Shown here: piece by piece, positions 55,930 through 64,000 of the stretch
Numbering within the stretch: the stretch's first letter is position 1
Layout of the letters: each line of letters begins with the position of its first letter
From: Pseudomonadales bacterium
GTDB lineage: Bacteria > Pseudomonadota > Gammaproteobacteria > Pseudomonadales > Azotimanducaceae
DNA: 64,000 nt
NCBI GenBank assembly: GCA_965208525.1
Contig: OZ242340.1
Span: forward strand, 2,711,737-2,775,736
Reading direction: 5' to 3'
The notes under the pieces: model-generated
The model's input: the letters and a program-made list of their open reading frames with translations, nothing else
Databases searched by the model: none
Told to the model about the DNA's origin: nothing
Made by a program: the position numbers and the translations under genes

Positions 55930-56439
55930 ATGCTGAGTCTCAAGATCAACGGCGAGGAGCGGAAGGTGGACGACGCCGATCCGTCCACGCCCCTGTTGTG
56001 GGTGCTGCGGGACGAACTCGGCCTTGTGGGGGCCAAGTTTGGCTGCGGCATCGCGCGCTGCGGTGCGTGCACGGTGCTGCTCGACGGCGCTCCGGTGCGG
56101 TCCTGTTCGGTGCCGGTGGCCGCCGCCGCGGAAGGCGAAGTAACCACCATCGAGGGCCTTGCCGACGAAAGCGACGAACTGACGCCCGTGCAGCAGGCGT
56201 GGGTCGATCTCGATGTCGCCCAGTGCGGCTATTGCCAGGCGGGGCAGATCATGGCCGCCACCGCGCTCCTGGCGCGCGATCCAGACCCTGACGATGCCGC
56301 CATCGATCAAGCCATGGCCGGCAACCTGTGCCGCTGTGGCACCTACACGCGCATTCGCGAGGCGGTCAAGGTCGCCGCTGGACGCGCTTGGGAGGCGCGC
56401 AAGGTCTCGCCGGCGGGTGACGGAGGAGACGCCGCATGA
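55930..56439 (+). CDS. iorA: [2Fe-2S]-binding small subunit of a molybdenum hydroxylase (IorA-like)
   Basis: '[16 protein letters not shown]' and '[11 protein letters not shown] ... CRCGTY' are the two [2Fe-2S] motifs. Confidence 0.9.
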   Translation: MLSLKINGEERKVDDADPSTPLLWVLRDELGLVGAKFGCGIARCGACTVLLDGAPVRSCSVPVAAAAEGEVTTIEGLADESDELTPVQQAWVDLDVAQCGYCQAGQIMAATALLARDPDPDDAAIDQAMAGNLCRCGTYTRIREAVKVAAGRAWEARKVSPAGDGGDAA

Positions 56440-58667
56440 ACGCATACGACGATCTGCAGAGCCTCGCCGAGCGCATGGACGCCCTACCCATAGACATCGC
56501 CCCGCGCAAGCTCTCGCGGCGGCGCTTCATGCAGCTCACCGGCGTCGTTGGCGGTGGTTTGATGCTGGGCTTCACGCTTAAGGGACGGGAGGCGGAGGCT
56601 GCCTCCACCTTCGAACCCAACGCCTTCATCCGCATCGATGCCGACGGCATCCTGATCCACGCCAAGAACCCGGAGGTGGGGCAGGGCGTGAAGACCTCGC
56701 TGCCGATGATCGTTGCCGAGGAACTCGATGCCGCCTGGGACGATGTGACGGTGGCGCAGTCGTCGGTGGACGAGGAAGCGTTCGGCTTCCAGATGGCCGG
56801 TGGTTCGATGTCCGTGCCGATGAACTGGGACGTGCTGCGGCAAAGTGGTGCTGCGGCGCGGGCCATGTTGGTTGGTGCGGCGGCGGACAAGCTCGGTGTT
56901 GCCGCATCGGAACTCAGCACCCGCGACAGCAAGGTCATCCACGAGGCCAGTGGCCGCAGCCTGCGCTACACGGAACTGGCGGATGCTGCCGCAGCCTTGC
57001 CGGTGCCAGAGGTGGACTCGCTGCGACTCAAGAGCACCGACGAATACCGCCTCCTGGGGCGCCGCATCACAGGCGTCGACAACGAGGCGCTGGTGCGGGG
57101 CGAGGCCCTCTTCGGCATCGACCAGACGCTGCCGGGCATGAAGTTCGCCACGTACAGCAAATGTCCGGCAGTGGGCGGGACGGTGGTTTCGGCCAATCTC
57201 GATGCGGTGAAGGCGCTGCCCGGCGTGGTGGATGCCTTCGCCATTGACGGCAACGAGGCGGTCGGCTTGCTGTCCGGGGTGGCGATCGTTGCCGACTCCA
57301 CTTGGGCCGCCATCCGTGCGCGGCGAGAGCTCAAGGTGGAGTGGGATGAATCGAATGCCGCCTCTGACAGCTGGAGTGCTGCCAGCGCCAAGGCGGAGGA
57401 ACTGCGCAGCAAGCCCGGCGCGACCCGTCCGGTGGACGATGGCGACGCCGATGCGGCGCTCGAAGCCGCCGACAAGCGCCTGAGTGCCTACTACACCTAT
57501 CACTTCGCCTCCCACGCCCAGCTCGAACCGCAGAACTGCACCGCGTGGAGCCACGACGGCATCATGGAGCTTTGGGCGCCGACGCAGCTTCCCGGTCGCG
57601 GCCGGCAGGCGGTGGCGGATTTGCTTGGCCTCGAGAAGGCGCAAGTGACGGTGAACCAATTGCGCGGCGGTGGCGGCTTCGGCCGGCGTCTGCACAACGA
57701 CTTCATGGTGGAAGTGGCGGCCATTGCCAATCGCCTGGACGTGCCCGTGAAGTTGCAGTGGACCCGTGAAGACGACATGTCGCACGACACGTTCCGCGCC
57801 GGCGGCTTCCACCAAGTGGATGCCGGCCTCGATGCCGAAGGCCGCATCACGGCGTGGCGCGACCGCTTCATCACTTTCAGCCGCGACGGGCAGCGCCCGG
57901 TGAGCGGTGGTTCGCTGCGCCCCGGCGTGTTCCCGGCTGGTGTGCTGGAGAACTGCCGCTACGAACAGACGGCGCTGGAGTGGAAGACGCCCTGTGGCCC
58001 TTGGCGCGCGCCGGGTTCGAACGTGTTCGGCTTCGTCGAGCAGAGCTTCATCCATGAACTCGCCGTTGCTGCCGGCCGGGATCACTTGGAAGTGCTCTTG
58101 GAGATGTTCGGCGAGCCGCGCTGGCTGGCGGAAGGCAACCCGCGTGCGCTGCACACCGGTCGTGCCGCCGGAGTCGTGAAGCTGGCGGCACAGAAGGCGG
58201 GCTGGGGCCGCGAGATGCCGGAAGGCAGGGCACTCGGCCTCGCGTTCTACTTCAGCCACGCCGGCCACATCGCCGAAGTGGCGGACGTGAGCGTCGACGC
58301 GGGCCGCAAGATCACGGTGCACGGAGTGACGGCGGCAGCGGACGTGGGCCCGATCATCAACCTGAGCGGCGCCGAGAACCAAGTGCAGGGCTCCATCGTC
58401 GATGGCCTTTCGACCATGCTCGGGCAGTCGGTGACGTTCGAGAAGGGCCGGGTGGAACAGTCGAACTTCGACGCCTACCCGATGCTGCGCATGGCCAACA
58501 CCCCGGCGATAGACGTGCATTTCATCGAAAGCGACTACCCGCCCACCGGCCTCGGCGAACCGGCCTTGCCGCCGCTGGCGCCAGCGGTGTGCAACGCGAT
58601 CTTCACCGCCACCGGGCACCGCATCCGCATCATGCCCATTGCGAACGAGGGGTACTCAATCGCGTAG
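56436..58667 (+). CDS. iorB: Molybdopterin-dependent aldehyde oxidoreductase large subunit (IorB-like), Tat-exported
   Basis: Tat signal '[19 protein letters not shown]'. About 740 aa of the xanthine dehydrogenase/aldehyde oxidase Mo-binding family. 4-bp overlap with iorA. Confidence 0.85.
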   Translation: MNAYDDLQSLAERMDALPIDIAPRKLSRRRFMQLTGVVGGGLMLGFTLKGREAEAASTFEPNAFIRIDADGILIHAKNPEVGQGVKTSLPMIVAEELDAAWDDVTVAQSSVDEEAFGFQMAGGSMSVPMNWDVLRQSGAAARAMLVGAAADKLGVAASELSTRDSKVIHEASGRSLRYTELADAAAALPVPEVDSLRLKSTDEYRLLGRRITGVDNEALVRGEALFGIDQTLPGMKFATYSKCPAVGGTVVSANLDAVKALPGVVDAFAIDGNEAVGLLSGVAIVADSTWAAIRARRELKVEWDESNAASDSWSAASAKAEELRSKPGATRPVDDGDADAALEAADKRLSAYYTYHFASHAQLEPQNCTAWSHDGIMELWAPTQLPGRGRQAVADLLGLEKAQVTVNQLRGGGGFGRRLHNDFMVEVAAIANRLDVPVKLQWTREDDMSHDTFRAGGFHQVDAGLDAEGRITAWRDRFITFSRDGQRPVSGGSLRPGVFPAGVLENCRYEQTALEWKTPCGPWRAPGSNVFGFVEQSFIHELAVAAGRDHLEVLLEMFGEPRWLAEGNPRALHTGRAAGVVKLAAQKAGWGREMPEGRALGLAFYFSHAGHIAEVADVSVDAGRKITVHGVTAAADVGPIINLSGAENQVQGSIVDGLSTMLGQSVTFEKGRVEQSNFDAYPMLRMANTPAIDVHFIESDYPPTGLGEPALPPLAPAVCNAIFTATGHRIRIMPIANEGYSIA

Positions 58668-58719
58668 CGGGAACCTCTGAGCCAGCAGGTCCTTCTGACG
58701 AAGGGCGACGGCCCGTCCC

Positions 58720-59136
58720 TTACGGAACGCGGGCCGACGCCTCCCTGGCCCGGAGGAACAGCATCCGCGCCAACATGGCCAAGAGGGCAATGCAACCGGT
58801 GGCGGCGGTGGCGATCACCCACGGCAGCGGCTTCATGCCGAGGCGGCGCGCTTCCGGGACCAGGAATGCGAGGGCGATGCCGGCGGCGATCAAGAGGTCG
58901 ATGAAGATCTGATTCGACCAGAGACTGCGGCTGATCTCCTGCCAGATGGCGACCAGTCCATCGCTGGCGAGGGCATACAGGGTCCATGCGAGAAACGCGA
59001 CGCAAATCGTCGCGGGGAGCATCCATGCGCTGGCGCGAGGTGCGGATTCCGAGCGCAGAGGGACGACTGCCACCGTAAGTACGAAGGCGACGAAGCCCAG
59101 GGCGGCGAGGATTGGTGCGGCTGTGGTGAGGGTCAT
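58720..59136 (-). CDS. Small integral membrane protein (4 predicted TM helices), function unknown
   Basis: Hydrophobic segments 'AAPILAALGFVAFVLTVAVV', 'MLPATICVAFLAWTLYAL', 'IFIDLLIAAGIALAFLV' and 'WVIATAATGCIALLAML'. Confidence 0.5.
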   Translation of the reverse strand: MTLTTAAPILAALGFVAFVLTVAVVPLRSESAPRASAWMLPATICVAFLAWTLYALASDGLVAIWQEISRSLWSNQIFIDLLIAAGIALAFLVPEARRLGMKPLPWVIATAATGCIALLAMLARMLFLRAREASARVP

Positions 59137-59307
59137 GGCAACCTCCCATGGATTGTGGATGGCGTCTCACTTCGACTTGCGCCTGATGCCGCTGTCCTCT
59201 GGACGGAGGGGCGTTCGGCCCTTCAAAGCGCCCGCAAGGGCGCGCATCCTTCATATGCAGCGAGTGTTCTGCGCGCCTTGCAGCGCGATGGAGGGCAAGA
59301 GCGTGCA

Positions 59308-60252
59308 CTAGACAAACAGCCGTGAGACGCTCTCGCCCGAGTGGATGGCGTAGATGGCGTCGGCGAAGAGCTTAGCGACGGAGACTGTCGCGACCTTCTC
59401 CATACTCTGGCCGCTTGGCGTGGGGATCGTGTTGGTGACCACGAGTCGTTCGATGGGGGAGTCGGCGAGGCGTTCGTAGGCGTGGCCGCTCAGCACCGGG
59501 TGGACGGCGGCGGCCGCGATGCGCTGGGCGCCGTTTTCGAGCAGGAACTGGGCGGCGGCGATCATGGTGCCGCCACTGGTGATCTCGTCGTCGATGAGCA
59601 GGGCATTGCGACCGGCAACGTCGCCGATCAGCCCCACCGCCTTGGCGTTTTCCGAGTCATCGGGGCGGCGCTTGTCGATGATCGCGATCGGGGCGCCCAG
59701 GCGATTGGCGTAGTCCTCGAGGTCCTTCGCCTCACCCACGTCACTTGCCACCAGCACGCTGTCGCCGAGTTCGCTGGTGCTGCGCAGTTCGTTGCAGACG
59801 ATGGGCGTTGCGTTCAGTTGGTCCACAGGGATGCGGAAGAACCCCGCGACCTGCGGCGAGTGCAGGTTCATGGTCAGCACCCGGTCGGCGCCGGCGGTTT
59901 CGAGGAGGTCAGCCATCAGCCGCGCCGTGATGGAAATGCGCGGGCGATCCTTCTTGTCGGAGCGCGCATAGGGGAAGTACGGCAGCACGGCGGTGATGCG
60001 TCGCGCCGATGCGTGCTTGAGCGCGTCGATAGCGATCAGGAGTTCCATGATGTGGTCGGAAAGCGGCGGGCAGGAGGTCTGGATGACGAAGACATCCGAC
60101 TCGCGCACGTTTTCCTGACACTGGAACAGGATGTTCTCGTTGCCGAAGCGGATGATCTCGGTGGCGGTGGGGCGCACGCCGAGATGCGCGCAGATCTCCT
60201 CGGCGAGCTCAGGATGCGAGGAGAGGGCGATCACACTAATATCGTTGGCCAT
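59308..60252 (-). CDS. prs: Ribose-phosphate pyrophosphokinase
   Basis: 'MANDISVIALSSHPELAEEIC...' with the PRPP-binding loop 'LIDDEITSGGT'. ATG at 60252. Confidence 0.92.
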   Translation of the reverse strand: MANDISVIALSSHPELAEEICAHLGVRPTATEIIRFGNENILFQCQENVRESDVFVIQTSCPPLSDHIMELLIAIDALKHASARRITAVLPYFPYARSDKKDRPRISITARLMADLLETAGADRVLTMNLHSPQVAGFFRIPVDQLNATPIVCNELRSTSELGDSVLVASDVGEAKDLEDYANRLGAPIAIIDKRRPDDSENAKAVGLIGDVAGRNALLIDDEITSGGTMIAAAQFLLENGAQRIAAAAVHPVLSGHAYERLADSPIERLVVTNTIPTPSGQSMEKVATVSVAKLFADAIYAIHSGESVSRLFV

Positions 60253-60427
60253 GGCGTGCGAGGTGGTTCCCGTTCGGCGGTTTCGGCAATTTTGGTGGCG
60301 ATGCTTGGCCGTTCGCAACCAGCACGTGTGTGTCCGCGTAGGGGCGGGGCTTGTCCGCGCCCGTGTCCAGGGCACCAGACGGCGTTGGTTCGGTCTAGCG
60401 GTGGGCGAGGCGGCGACAATCAGGCGC

Positions 60428-60757
60428 ATGGTCCACGGCACCGAAGTGGTCGGCGTCGATGTGGACGAATGCACCCGCTGCGGCCACTACCACGGCCCCC
60501 TCGACATCATCGCCTTGCGCTTTCGCTGCTGCGACGAATGGTATCCCTGTATCGACTGCCACCGCGAACTCGCCGGACACGCGGCTGAGGTGTGGCCCAT
60601 GAGTGAGCACGACGAATACGCCGTGCTGTGCGGCGCGTGCGGACATCGAATGACTGTGCGCGAATACCTTGGCTGCGATTCGACCTGCCCGTCATGCTCC
60701 GCCGCCTTCAATCCTGGCTGCGCGCTGCACTACCACCTCTACTTCGAACTGGAGTAG
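60428..60757 (+). CDS. CHY-type zinc-finger protein
   Basis: 'CTRCGHYHGPLDIIALRFRCCDEWYPCIDCH...CGACGHRMTVREYLGCDSTCPSCSAAFNPGC' is the Cys/His-rich CHY pattern. Confidence 0.6.
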   Translation: MVHGTEVVGVDVDECTRCGHYHGPLDIIALRFRCCDEWYPCIDCHRELAGHAAEVWPMSEHDEYAVLCGACGHRMTVREYLGCDSTCPSCSAAFNPGCALHYHLYFELE

Positions 60758-60763
60758 GCCGCC

Positions 60764-62851
60764 GTGGCCGAAGGAGTGAACGCAGTAGGGCGCTTGGCCG
60801 TGGACATCGGCGGAACCTTCACGGATGTCGTGTTCGACTTTCGCGGCCGGCGCACCTCTACCAAGGTGCTCACCACGCCCAACGCGCCAGCTGACGGCGT
60901 GCTGACGGGCCTCGAGCGCGTGCTGGGCCTGGCCGGCGCTACGTCGGCCGACGTCGGGGTGGTGCTCCATGGCACGACCCTGGCGACCAATGCCCTGATT
61001 GAGCGGCGCGGTGCGAAGACCGCGCTAGTCACCACCGAAGGCCACCGCGACGTGTTGGAGATGGCGTTCGAGAACCGCTTCGAGCAATACGACATCAACA
61101 TCGGCCGGCCGGCGCCGCTGGTGCCGCGTGGGCTGCGTCTGACGGTGCCCGAGCGCATGAATGCGGCGGGAGAGGCATTGATGCCGCTCGACCTGGCCGC
61201 GGTGCGGGAAGTTGCGCGGACGCTAGAGCAAGAACAGGTGGAAAGCGTCGCGGTGGGGTACCTGCACGGCTACGCCAATCCGGAGCACGAACTACGGACC
61301 CGGGACGAACTCGCACGAACTCTGCCGGGCCTCTCGATCACGCTCGCGTCCGGCGTATGCCCGGAAATCCGCGAGTTCGAGCGCTTCTCCACGGCCTGCG
61401 CCAATGCCTACGTGCGGCCGCTGATGTCCCGCTACCTCGAAGACATGGCGAGTCGGCTTGCCGCGCTGGGCGTGAACAGCCCGTTTCTGATGATGACCTC
61501 CGGCGGTGGCCTGACTTCGGTGGCATCCGCGCGCGAGTACCCCATTCGCCTGGTGGAATCCGGCCCCGCTGGCGGTGCCATTCTCGCGGCGCACATGGCG
61601 AGGGAACTCTGCATCGACCGCGCCGTGTCCTTCGATATGGGCGGCACCACGGCCAAGATTTGCCTGATCGACGACGGCGAACCTTTGCTCTCGCGCTCGT
61701 TCGAGGTGGATCGCAGCTATCGCTTCAAGCGTGGCAGTGGCTTGCCGGTGCGCATTCCGGTGATTGAGATGGTGGAGATCGGCGCCGGTGGCGGCTCCAT
61801 CGCCTCGGTGGACGGACTTGGGCGCATTCATGTGGGGCCGGAGAGCGCGGGCTCCATGCCGGGGCCCGCGAGCTATGGCCGGGGTGGCGAGCACCCCACG
61901 GTGACCGATGCCGACCTTCTTCTCGGTCGCCTCGACGCCAAGGGATTCGCGGGCGGGCGCTTGCCGCTCGACGAAGGCGCCGCCCGCAAGGCTTTGGCAG
62001 ACGAGATCGGCAGCAACATCCCCGAGCTCGCCGATCCGCGCCAAGGTGCCCACGCCGTGTCGGAAGTGGTGGACGAAAACATGGCGGCGGCGGCTCGTGC
62101 CCACGCCAGCGAATGGGGCAAGGACCTTGCGGGGCGCACGCTAATCGTCATGGGCGGGGCGGCGCCGCTCCACGCCGCCCGCCTGATGCAGAAGCTCGAC
62201 GTCGACGCGGTGGTCGTGCCCCGTGACGCTGGTGTGGGATCGGCGGTGGGCTTCCTCGTCGCGCCCATCTCCTACGAAGTCGTTCGCAGTCGCTACATGC
62301 GCCTGTCCGAGTTCCGTGCCGGCCTCGTGGACGAGGTCATGGCGGATATGCGGGCGGAGGCGCTCGGCGTTGTCGGCGAGGTAGCTACCGGCGAGTTGCG
62401 GGAACGGCGCCGTGCGTACATGCGCTATGTGGGGCAAGGTTACGAGATTGCCGTGGCATTGACCCAGGGCATGGACCAGGAGTCGTTGCGAGAGGCCTTC
62501 GAGGCGGCCTACAGAGAGCTGTATGGGCGCATCATCCCGGGCCTCGATGCCGAGGTACTGAGTTGGACCCTGACGGTCGAAACGCCTCCGAATCAGGTTG
62601 CATTGGCGCCGCCGGAGCTCGGAGGCGGCCGCAAGGCGCTCGCCGATGCACCATTGTTCGACGGTGAGCGCGAGATTCGGGCCGCGCGGCGTGAGCGTGA
62701 CTCGCTTGGCGTGGGAGCATCGCTCGCCGGGCCGGCGGCCATCGTCGAGGAGCAGACGACGCTGGTCGTGCCGGAAGGGTTCGTTGCACATGTTTCCGAT
62801 CGCGGTGACTTGGTGATGCGGCGCAACGCTCGCGCCAACGCAGGGCCTTAA
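60764..62851 (+). CDS. hyuA: Hydantoinase/oxoprolinase family subunit A (HyuA-like; family includes acetone/acetophenone carboxylases)
   Basis: 'LAVDIGGTFTDVVF' (ASKHA fold N-terminus), at 695 aa. Confidence 0.85.
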   Translation: MAEGVNAVGRLAVDIGGTFTDVVFDFRGRRTSTKVLTTPNAPADGVLTGLERVLGLAGATSADVGVVLHGTTLATNALIERRGAKTALVTTEGHRDVLEMAFENRFEQYDINIGRPAPLVPRGLRLTVPERMNAAGEALMPLDLAAVREVARTLEQEQVESVAVGYLHGYANPEHELRTRDELARTLPGLSITLASGVCPEIREFERFSTACANAYVRPLMSRYLEDMASRLAALGVNSPFLMMTSGGGLTSVASAREYPIRLVESGPAGGAILAAHMARELCIDRAVSFDMGGTTAKICLIDDGEPLLSRSFEVDRSYRFKRGSGLPVRIPVIEMVEIGAGGGSIASVDGLGRIHVGPESAGSMPGPASYGRGGEHPTVTDADLLLGRLDAKGFAGGRLPLDEGAARKALADEIGSNIPELADPRQGAHAVSEVVDENMAAAARAHASEWGKDLAGRTLIVMGGAAPLHAARLMQKLDVDAVVVPRDAGVGSAVGFLVAPISYEVVRSRYMRLSEFRAGLVDEVMADMRAEALGVVGEVATGELRERRRAYMRYVGQGYEIAVALTQGMDQESLREAFEAAYRELYGRIIPGLDAEVLSWTLTVETPPNQVALAPPELGGGRKALADAPLFDGEREIRAARRERDSLGVGASLAGPAAIVEEQTTLVVPEGFVAHVSDRGDLVMRRNARANAGP

Positions 62852-62863
62852 GGAGGCTCGTCC

Positions 62864-64000
62864 ATGAACCCCATCCGCGACCAACTGGTGTGGAACCGCC
62901 TGCTCGCCATCGTCGAGGAGCAAGCGCAAACGCTCATGCGAACAGCGTTCTCCACCGTGGTGCGGGAGGCCGGCGACCTTTCGGCGGGCGTCTTCAACAC
63001 CCAAGGCGCGATGCTCGCGCAGGCGGTGACCGGCACGCCGGGGCACGTCAACGCGATGGCTCGGAGCGTCGGCAAATTCCTCGCGCATCACCCGGTGGCA
63101 ACGCTGCACCCGGGCGATGTGTTGGTGACAAACAACCCGTGGGACGGGACCGGTCACCTCAACGACTTCACGGTGGTGACGCCGATCTTCGCGCCGGAGC
63201 ACGAAGCTCGGCCTGTGGCACTCTTTGCCGCCACCAGCCACATCGCCGATGTCGGCGGTCTTGGTTTTGGCCCGGACGGTCGCGAGATCTACGAGGAGGG
63301 GCTGCACGTTCCCATCATGCCGCTGTTCGAGCGCGGCGAGATCAACGCGACGCTGATGCGGCTGATTGCCGCCAACGTGCGCGATCCGATGGTGGCAGAG
63401 GGTGATCTGTATTCCCTTGCCACCTGCAACCGCACCGGGGGCCAACAGCTCCTGAAGGCGCTGGCCGAGTTCGAGCTCGAGGAACTCGACACCGTGGGGC
63501 AGCGAATCATCGACACCTCGCGCCGTGCCATGGCGGCCGAAATCTCGCGGGTGCCGGACGGCCGCTACCGGCACACCATGACGGTGGACGGGTACGACTC
63601 CCCCATCACGGTCGCCTGCTGCCTGACGGTCGACGGCGATGCCATCGACATCGACTTCGACGGCACCTCGCCAACATCGCCCCGCGGCATCAACGTGCCA
63701 CTTAACTACACCGAGGCCTATGCCTCCTTCGGCGTACGCTGTGTGGTTGGCAACGATATTCCCAACAATGCCGGCTCGCTCGAAGCCATCACGGTGCGTG
63801 CGCCCGCCGGCTGCATCCTGAACGCGGAGTTTCCGGCGGCGGTCTCCGCCCGGCACGCCCTGGGACAAATGCTCCCGGACGTGATCCTGGGCTGCCTAGA
63901 GCAAGCGTTGCCCGGCAGCGCCCCGGCCGAGGGCGCATCGTGCATCTGGAATCCGGTGCTGCGCTCGGCCTCCGGAGCGCAAGGCAACTTCGCAAGCCGT
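62864..64000 (+). CDS. hyuB: Hydantoinase B/oxoprolinase family subunit (HyuB-like), 5' part; continues beyond window
   Basis: 'MNPIRDQLVWNRLLAIVEEQAQTLMRTAFSTVVREAGDLSAGVF' is the typical HyuB start, preceded by 'aaggagg'. No stop before the window end. Confidence 0.8.
   Translation, partial: MNPIRDQLVWNRLLAIVEEQAQTLMRTAFSTVVREAGDLSAGVFNTQGAMLAQAVTGTPGHVNAMARSVGKFLAHHPVATLHPGDVLVTNNPWDGTGHLNDFTVVTPIFAPEHEARPVALFAATSHIADVGGLGFGPDGREIYEEGLHVPIMPLFERGEINATLMRLIAANVRDPMVAEGDLYSLATCNRTGGQQLLKALAEFELEELDTVGQRIIDTSRRAMAAEISRVPDGRYRHTMTVDGYDSPITVACCLTVDGDAIDIDFDGTSPTSPRGINVPLNYTEAYASFGVRCVVGNDIPNNAGSLEAITVRAPAGCILNAEFPAAVSARHALGQMLPDVILGCLEQALPGSAPAEGASCIWNPVLRSASGAQGNFASR

Noticed and set aside
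1-64000. CRISPR arrays, IS elements/transposases, toxin-antitoxin or known anti-phage defence genes
   Set aside because: No regularly spaced short direct repeats, no transposase-like ORFs and no recognisable defence-system proteins were seen. The WYL regulator is present but flanked by metabolic genes only.

Overview
This 64-kb window is high-GC (roughly 68-70%) chromosomal DNA, probably from a gammaproteobacterium. The uvrY(gacA)-uvrC-pgsA-tRNA-Cys arrangement is the classic gammaproteobacterial synteny. Housekeeping genes are present: aroC, typA/bipA, pepN with its usual DUF2797 partner, a complete Bat/MoxR aerotolerance operon, gapA, prs and an nfeD-flotillin pair. Interleaved with these are accessory features.

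- An intact P4-type tyrosine integrase at the 5' end is followed by a 2.5-kb GC-rich segment with no credible ORF.
- A catabolic-looking block (about 32.8-50.8 kb) contains two tandem single-chain BC-BCCP-CT acyl-CoA carboxylase paralogues, three family-III CoA-transferase genes (four domains) and a WYL-domain regulator.
- The 3' part of the window carries a MaoC dehydratase, molybdo-aldehyde oxidoreductase IorAB, a CHY zinc-finger protein and hydantoinase HyuAB.

The most striking signals are these.
1. A 1.43-kb segment encoding the whole biotin-carboxylase domain is present twice, at 36.8 and 40.3 kb, with one mismatch seen. It is grafted onto two otherwise diverged BCCP-CT modules and uses a G-ending codon style (GCG/ACG/CGG/GGG/GAG) unlike the host's C-ending style. 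The same odd codon style appears in the 3' two-thirds of the integrase gene.
2. Carboxylase-1's biotinyl domain has lost the biotin-acceptor lysine (AMKL is replaced by HSLE).
3. A roughly 230-310-bp non-coding repeat family has two copies (13.3 kb and 43.6 kb) that differ by a 90-bp indel containing a near-perfect hairpin. One copy sits antisense inside the bat operon where batC would be.
4. A GAPDH paralogue with the catalytic Cys replaced by Ala lies directly upstream of genuine gapA.

No CRISPR arrays, IS elements or recognisable defence genes were seen.

Coordinates of non-ATG starts and of tRNA and repeat edges are plus or minus a few bases.
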